A stretch of DNA of 39,385 nt from Thraustochytrium aureum (lineage: Eukaryota). The stretch is from contig BLSG01000235.1 in assembly GCA_012862495.1 (NCBI GenBank), positions 23,225-62,609 on the forward strand. The letters are read 5' to 3'. The first letter of the stretch is position 1, and the number at the start of each line of letters is the position of its first letter. The translations under genes and the position numbers were made by a program. Under the pieces are notes generated by a model. The model ran no database searches. It worked only from the letters and a program-made list of their open reading frames with translations, and was not told the origin of the DNA. Shown here piece after piece: positions 32,725-39,385 of this stretch.

Positions 32725-33334
32725 GCAGCGCTCAGGCAGCAATCACGAAAGAAACTCTATTTGCATCAGGTGAACAAAAAGCGAAGTCTACATCTCGGCA
32801 GCCAACTGGAACAGGCCAGCTTGCCACGATAAGTCTAGTTCCAGGCCAACTTGTCACGACGGTATAACGCGCGCAGACACGCAGCGAGATCTCACCCGCC
32901 TTTCCGCGCCTGTTCTGATGATNNNNNNNNNNNNNNNNNNNNNNNNNNNNNNNNNNNNNNNNNNNNNNNNNNNNNNNNNNNNNNNNNNNNNNNNNNNNNN
33001 NNNNNNNNNNNNNNNNNNNNNNNNNNNNNNNNNNNNNNNNNNNNNNNNNNNNNNNNNNNNNNNNNNNNNNNNNNNNNNNNNNNNNNNNNNNNNNNNNNNN
33101 NNNNNNNNNNNNNNNNNNNNNNNNNNNNNNNNNNNNNNNNNNNNNNNNNNNNNNNNNNNNNNNNNNNNNNNNNNNNNNNNNNNNNNNNNNNNNNNNNNNN
33201 NNNNNNNNNNNNNNNNNNNNNNNNNNNNNNNNNNNNNNNNNNNNNNNNNNNNNNNNNNNNNNNNNNNNNNNNNNNNNNNNNNNNNNNNNNNNNNNNNNNN
33301 NNNNNNNNNNNNNNNNNNNNNNNNNNNNNNNNNN

Positions 33335-33379
33335 ATGAATTGTTCGAATCACACGCCTTAACCACTCGGCCATCGCGCC
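33335..33379 (-). tRNA. trnS: tRNA-Ser(CGA), 5' half, probably intron-containing; 3' half lost in gap
   Basis: Minus strand reads GGCGCGA TG GCCGAGTGGTTAAGGC G TGTGA TT CGA A. It is followed by CAATTCAT rather than the complementary stem, which fits an intron after position 37. Confidence 0.8.
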
Positions 33380-33565
33380 TTTAACCACTTGGTTGGAGGA
33401 GGAGGTCGACCTGATTGTTTTATTCCGTGGATACACGAGCTACATGGTGCCCAATGCACTCGTTACTGGCCATGTCGCGCGGCCATGCACAAGCCGCCGC
33501 AGCGAGCAGCGCAGATCCGCTCACCAGGGCGCGCTCTTCAGAAACATCCCCGCCACCGTGCAACT

Positions 33566-34768
33566 CTACGTAGCCTCTGATGGTCGTCTCGTCCGAACGC
33601 AAGGACGAGCACGGAACGACAGCGACACAGTCTGGTTTTGACTCTGCGACTCGAAGCGCAACCCACAAGGCCAGCCGGGCTCGAGCCCAGCAGCCAATGG
33701 CACGTGGAGGCAAGGCAGCCCACTGGCGCCCGGTGCAGACCGAAACAGTCCCTCGTCAGTGACACTGGCGACCCAGAACACTTGCTCCGCTCTGCACCAG
33801 TCCTTGGCCGCCAACGAGACGCCACAGACGCGCTCTGCGAGATAAGTGGCCGCCACGAAACTAGAGCGCAGTGACGCCTCTATGCCGAAGCCCACTTGCC
33901 ACAGAGGTTGGACTTTGGCCAGGAGCCGCCATGGAAGCGCTCGGCGCAGAGCCATCGCGATCCGCTCGCGCGTGTACCGGGCGCTGAAGTGGACAAGAAC
34001 GAGGCGTTCGCAGGCGTCCAGCGCGCCTGAGCGCGCAAGTGCTGCGAGCTCATCCAAGTGCAAGTGACCCCGATCCCGCGCGAATCCAACGTCGACGCCG
34101 ACCTCGCCATTGGGCTTGCGCGGTGCGCCGGCCTTCAGCTCCTTGCCGAGGAAAGTGACCTCGACGCACAGGACGGCCGCCTGCCTATACAAGCTGCGAT
34201 CGTCCATAAGACAGTCGCTCGTCGTGTCGCCCGTATATGCAAAGACCACCTTTTCCACAAGCTTGTACGGTGAAAAGCCCTTTGGCGCAGCCCGAAACAA
34301 GTCTTGCTTCTCCTGCCCCGTCAAACTCGCAAACTCTGGCAGCAACTCCCGCACGCTCTGTACCACGGCGAATCCAAGGGCAGGCACGCGGTGAAACGAC
34401 TTGCATGCTTGCACAACAACCCCCTTGCCGACGTCGACGCGGTCGCCTTCGGAGAGCCCAAACACAGCGAACGCCGGATCCGCCTGCGCCTCTGCATGCG
34501 CCTCTGCATGCGCCTCGACATGCGCCTCGGCCTCCGTGCCTGCTTGCCGGGCCGGCGGGGCAGCAGGAAGTGCGTGGCCGAGGTCCATCGCATCAAAGGC
34601 TCGCTTCGCGGCGTGAAAGGCCTCGAGCGCCTCCGCCGGCAAGTACACCTTGGTCTTGCACTTGAGCATGCTCCTGATCCGCGCGTAGAGGAAGACGGCC
34701 GCGCAGTGGTCCAGGTGCCCGTGCGACAAGAACACGTGCTCCGCCCTCGCCGCGGCCTTGTCCGGCTC
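33566..34768 (-). CDS. tRNase Z (RNase Z), short TM-type, metallo-beta-lactamase fold; 5' end in gap
   Basis: FLSHGHLDH, HRVPALGF, AYTGDT, VEVTFL, RGHLHLDEL and LVHFSARY; the exact 3' end is less certain. Confidence 0.88.
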   Translation of the reverse strand, partial: EPDKAAARAEHVFLSHGHLDHCAAVFLYARIRSMLKCKTKVYLPAEALEAFHAAKRAFDAMDLGHALPAAPPARQAGTEAEAHVEAHAEAHAEAQADPAFAVFGLSEGDRVDVGKGVVVQACKSFHRVPALGFAVVQSVRELLPEFASLTGQEKQDLFRAAPKGFSPYKLVEKVVFAYTGDTTSDCLMDDRSLYRQAAVLCVEVTFLGKELKAGAPRKPNGEVGVDVGFARDRGHLHLDELAALARSGALDACERLVLVHFSARYTRERIAMALRRALPWRLLAKVQPLWQVGFGIEASLRSSFVAATYLAERVCGVSLAAKDWCRAEQVFWVASVTDEGLFRSAPGASGLPCLHVPLAAGLEPGWPCGLRFESQSQNQTVSLSFRARPCVRTRRPSEAT

Positions 34769-34969
34769 NNNNNNNNNNNNNNNNNNNNNNNNNNNNNNNN
34801 NNNNNNNNNNNNNNNNNNNNNNNNNNNNNNNNNNNNNNNNNNNNNNNNNNNNNNNNNNNNNNNNNNNNNNNNNNNNNNNNNNNNNNNNNNNNNNNNNNNN
34901 NNNNNNNNNNNNNNNNNNNNNNNNNNNNNNNNNNNNNNNNNNNNNNNNNNNNNNNNNNNNNNNNNNNAT

Positions 34970-35762
34970 GATATGCCCGCTGAGCCTGCCGCTGGTAGGC
35001 CCGCGCACAGCTCGCCTCGAGGGACGCCCGACGGCAACGCGGTCGAGTGCTCCACGACCAAGGGCCCGTTCCGCGTGGTCCTCACGCCTAGCCTAGCGCC
35101 GAACGGGACCAAGTTTTTCATCGGGCTGGTGGAAGCAGGCTATTTCGACCAAGGCATCGCCTTCTTTCGCGTCAACAAGGCCATCACGCAGTTCGGGATC
35201 ACCAAGCGAAGGCCACGCGATGAGGATCCGTTCGTGCAGTTCAGAGGCGGGGCCCAGCGCGACGAGAACCCCTTCGGTGGCGTGGAGGATGACGAGGAGA
35301 GTGTCCATCGCAGGCACATGCACCCGTGGCGGCGCGGCACGATTGCCTCGATAGGCGGCTTCCACTTTGTTGTCACGATCCGCGGGGACAAAAAGTAAGT
35401 TCTTGAATGTTGTGAAGTGCGCCAACTCGCGTTCGGAGCGGACCTGGACCGATATTCAGCAATCTAGAACCTCTCGCTGCTGCGCCCGCGCCATGCGGGC
35501 CAGCCCGCAATGCATCTGACATTCGAGCTAACTCGGCGGCTTTTGTAGCATCGGCATCAATCGGCACGACGCGCCGCTCGGTTACATCTCTGAGGAAGAC
35601 ATGGCCGACGTTTTCGACAAGCTTTATGCGTACAACGACATCATAGATCATCCGAACGGCGGCCCAGGGCCAGAACAAGGCCGCCTCATGACAGAGGGAA
35701 TCAGCTATATAGATGCCCATTTCCCAGAAACCGACAGAATCCTGGCGTGCCGCGTCGTCTGA
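34970..35762 (+). CDS. Cyclophilin-type PPIase-like protein; predicted intron 35395-35548; 5' end may be in gap
   Basis: CSTTKGPF...APNG..FF..LV..GYFD..IAFFRV..TQFGI...RGTI. The GTAAGT...GCTAAC...TTTTGTAG intron joins in frame to NIGINRHDAPLGYI..DM..VFDKLY...GPGPEQGRL..EG..YI...FP..DRI..C, stop at 35762. Confidence 0.82.
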
Positions 35763-36587
35763 CTAATGCCGCGCCAAGCTTCATGACATCGAAGACGGTC
35801 GGTTCAGCTTGCGGACACTGGTGAATCAAGCCCAGCCGAAGCGTGGGAGGAGGCTCGGCAGATACGCGCGATGGAGGTACATTCGTTTTTAGTTTACTGC
35901 CCTGCCTGGTGCGGCCGTTTTGGAGTGGTTTGTGCTTTGCGGTCGGTCGTCCCTGACTACCTCTGTGCGTCTCGAGTCTTCTCGTAGTCAGGTGCGCCAG
36001 CCGTCGCCAGTCCAGCAACTGTGCAGGGACGAGTGGGAGCGACCGCCGCGCTTGCTCTCGCCGGACCTGCCGCAGTACCAACTGGACCCTTCGATAGTCT
36101 GCTTCAAATGAGGGCCAGAGTGCGCCGCCAACCATGCCATGCCCCTTTGTGCGCGCATGCGTGGAAGCACCTTTAGAGAGTACAACCACGCAAACAGCGC
36201 TGCCACGCAAACAGCGCTGCCATACTCACCTAAAAGCCCTGAAAAGAGTTTGAAATCCATCGCATCGATGCGGCGTGGAAGAAGAAGATCTTGCGAGCAG
36301 ATGCAACGTGATCTTGGTTCACTCGTTTGAAGTGACGTGGGACGATCAACTTCGTCCTAACGCCTGCGAGCGCGAGCCCGAAACCTTCGTTCGTTATCCA
36401 TGTGATACTGGCTTTGTGAAAAACTACGGAAAAGACGCTCTAGCCTAGCTAGCTAGCTAGAGGGATTCGGCTGCCTCCTTGGGCAGCCAGTGACGGGGCA
36501 TTTCTGCGCGCGACGGAGGCCGCGTGCAGAAGAGCCCCCGGACCAATCCCACAGCAACACTGCCTGCCGGTATGTGAAAAGAGTACT

Positions 36588-36605
36588 GAGTAGAGTACTC
36601 TACTC
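36588..36605. other. Perfect 18-bp palindrome in pfaA 3' flank
   Basis: GAGTAGAGTACTCTACTC is its own reverse complement and lies 19-36 nt past the pfaA stop. Confidence 0.85.
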
Positions 36606-36623
36606 GGCTTTGGTCGAGAGCCA

Positions 36624-39385
36624 TCAAAACGAAAGAGCCTTGTTCAGAACCACACTCGCTCGCCCTGATGCAAAGACCGCCCCGCAAGCTCGGTGGAGGA
36701 AGAAATGCGCCTTTGCAATCGGGTCGAGCGGCCCGCTCGCAGCACTGTCCAGCTTGAGCGTGGTGTAAAACACCTCGCCCTCGCTCGGCGGCTGGCCGTG
36801 GAACGAGATTCGTTCAACGTTGCTCGGTAGCGAAGCGCTGTCCCTGACCAGACGGGCCCAAACAAGGAGAGCTTGAAACACCGTGTCGTTCAGGAACGGG
36901 TCGTACAACACTCCGCGCGAAACAAATTGGCCGCGGTCCTGAGCCGCGCTCGGAACGACACGGCACCGCACGGCAAGCTCTGCAGGCGAGCACCGAAGAA
37001 CCTCATCCATGTACTGAAACGCCGGCCCATGGAACAGCGTCCTACCGTCGTACAGCGCACCCTTGCCAACGGAGCAAGCAGGGTCGGCGTCCNNNNNNNN
37101 NNNNNNNNNNNNNNNNNNNNNNNNNNNNNNNNNNNNNNNNNNNNNNNNNNNNNNNNNNNNNNNNNNNNNNNNNNNNNNNNNNNNNNNNNNNNNNNNNNNN
37201 NNNNNNNNNNNNNNNNNNNNNNNNNNNNNNNNNNNNNNNNNNNNNNNNNNNNNNNNNNNNNNNNNNNNNNNNNNNNNNNNNNNNNNNNNNNNNNNNNNNN
37301 NNNNNNNNNNNNNNNNNNNNNNNNNNNNNNNNNNNNNNNNNNNNNNNNNNNNNNNNNNNNNNNNNNNNNNNNNNNNNNNNNNNNNNNNNNNNNNNNNNNN
37401 NNNNNNNNGAATACATTGAGCGAAGCACTCAGCACAACCTCGCTTGGGCTTGCAGTCGAAGACTCGCGGCGAAGCTGGACCTCACACGTCGCCCCTTTGT
37501 CCAACACGACTCCCTGGAAGACTTGGGCGTCCTCAATCCCGACTACTTGGTGACCGACGTAGAGCCCTCGAGCCGCCTCAGCGAGAAGCCCAAGCGCCAC
37601 AGTCATCGGCAAGACCTTTCTGCCTTGAATCGTGTGCGAGGACAGGAAAGGGTTTGCAGACTCCCCGCCAAGCCTCACAGTAATCTTGTGCACGCTCGCG
37701 TTAGGAACTACAGGGGGCAAGCCCCAGTTGCCAACCAGAACTTGTGTTGGCGAGCAGCCCCGATGATTCGGGAAACGGTCTCCGCGCCGCCGTCGAGCGG
37801 AATAATTTGGACGCCCATAGACGCAAAGTGCGCTTTCAGCGCATCGTTGACCATGCCGCCGTCCCAAGGTCCAAACCCGATCGTCTTGACCGAGAGGCCA
37901 GGCATCGCAGTTTCCAAATGGAAGGCCATCTTGTTCAGCGCCTCATTCGCCATAGCGTACACGGCCTGCCCAGTGTTGCCGTGGAAACCGGCCAGGGAGC
38001 TGAAGAGGACCAAGTGCCGGAGTTTGGGGCGGTCCACGGCCTGCAGCAGGTTGAGCAGGCCGTCCACCTTGGTGCCGTACACGACCTCGAAGTCGGCGAG
38101 CTCCAAGCGCTCAACGGACTTGTCTCGGAGAACACCAGAGGCGTGCACAACCCCAGTTACAGCACCGACCCGTCGCTCGAGATCGTCGACGACGGCCTTG
38201 ACGCGCTCCGCACACGAAACGTCGCAGGAAACGTACTCGGCGCGCGCACCCTGGGCGCGAATACTCTCTAGCGAACCAAGGACTTCGCGCGCCCCCAGGA
38301 CGCTCCCAACGAGTGCTTTGTGGGCCTTTGGCGTCGGCTTCGGGCCGCGCCCGGCTGCGAACTCGGCCTTGAGGTGCGCCATGGCGGCTGTCCCAATTTT
38401 GCTTCCTCGACGCCGCAAGCCCAGCCGGATCATCAGCGAGAGGGGACCGCCCGAGGGAGGACAAAAGTGCCACCACTGATCGATTTGGCCAACTCGCGAA
38501 CGCAAACAGGTGTAATTCCCCGCGCCCCACCAGAAACCAAGAAGACGTCCGAAGAACGTAGTGCCTGCTTGGGCTTGCCAAGCCCAACCGGTCGCGCCTC
38601 AGTCGTCCACCGCTTGCCGTCTTTGGTGTATCCTGCTTCGCGCACCGTTAGGTCCGGGCAAGAGAGCTCCTCAAAGATTGCTTGCGCAGCTGTTTCTTCG
38701 TTCGCGCCAAGCTCGATGTCGATGCTGCGAGCGAAGACGTGCGGCCACTCTAGGTCCAAGGTCTTGCACAAGCCCGCGACGGCTCCTTGCTGAGCAATCT
38801 CTGCGGCCTCAGCCCAGCCCTTTCCTTTCGCGCAAGCTCCGCTAAGTCCGAGCTTTCCGTCGATTCGCGAGACGCCCACGAAGCAGGCGCGCCCGCCTGG
38901 GATCTGCTGGTTGAGCGCTTTGCTCGAATGCTTGGCAAGCAGCAGGGCAAAGCCAAGCTGGTCCCTAGCTGTTTCTGAGGCGCGCTCAAGCACCACGACG
39001 CCGCCTGGGACGCCGAATCGAGACTCTACTGCTTCAAGAGCGCGCACGAGATCTGCCTCGCCCCACCCTTCCATGTCAACGTGCTTCGTCGAGCGCACAG
39101 ATTGGTCGGTCTCGCCTGCGGTCGTGAGGATTACTGCACACGACCCCAGTCGACTAGCCAGAGCCGCCGGCAATGCTGATCCATCGCTTACGAATAAGAA
39201 TGGGCCGATCCATCGGGCGCTCCAGAGCTAGTTCGCTGCAACGAGCAATCTCAACCACAGAAGCAGAGCAAAGGCTCAGGTCTTCACATCCCGTGCCAAA
39301 GAGATGCCCAGACGCTGCTTGTGCATCGTTTGGACCTGCTGCCCCGATCTCAGCCTTCATGGCCTCGACGACCTCGCCAACCGTT
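36624..39385 (-). CDS. pfaA: Polyunsaturated fatty acid synthase subunit A (PfaA/OrfA), 3' part: end of last ACP, KR and PKS-type DH; gap and several frameshifts
   Basis: ACP tail TVGEVVEAMKAEI; GLCKTLDLEWP; KR LVSGGARGIT, VHASGVLRDK, FSSLAGFHGNTGQAVYAMANEALNK, FGPWDGGMV; DH NPFLSSHTIQGRKVLP, LFHGPAFQ, DPFLNDTVFQ. Shifts near 39192, 38395-38460 and 37755. Confidence 0.96.

Noticed and set aside
35765..36260. Small spliced minus-strand gene (MDFKLFSGLL followed by a GTGAGT donor-like site)
   Set aside because: Splice-like signals exist, but I could not build a convincing protein or recognise a family; needs RNA-seq.
1595..39385. Frameshifts in APC2, the 12986 gene, bHLH, ligase, oxygenase and pfaA as pseudogenisation or programmed frameshifting
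   Set aside because: They affect most genes including essential APC2, often sit at homopolymer runs, come without in-frame stops, and occur in a gappy assembly. Sequencing error is the simplest explanation; raw reads would settle it.

Overview
Eukaryotic, GC-rich, gene-dense draft scaffold with 10 N-gaps and many single-base frameshifts, most likely assembly errors. The PUFA-synthase subunit A together with eukaryotic genes and GT-AG introns points to a thraustochytrid (inference). Gene order: RetSat-like oxidoreductase (5' partial); APC2; Tubby-domain protein; two orphans; Mn-dependent ADP-ribose/CDP-alcohol diphosphatase; a putative CG-1-like/PAS-like regulator; an intact 1037-aa Mutator (MULE) transposase-derived protein lacking its catalytic residues, head-to-head with a bHLH-ZIP gene; a BRCT-SWIM minimal ATP-dependent DNA ligase; a probable EGLN/PHD-type oxygenase; two orphan 7TM receptor-like proteins, one with a predicted 6-nt microexon; a membrane protein; a partial tRNA-Ser(CGA) just downstream of a tRNase Z; a divergent cyclophilin; and the 3' part (ACP-KR-DH) of pfaA. 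Best leads are the apparently domesticated MULE, the microexon, and the BRCT-SWIM ligase. All calls come from motif recognition by eye; no searches were run.
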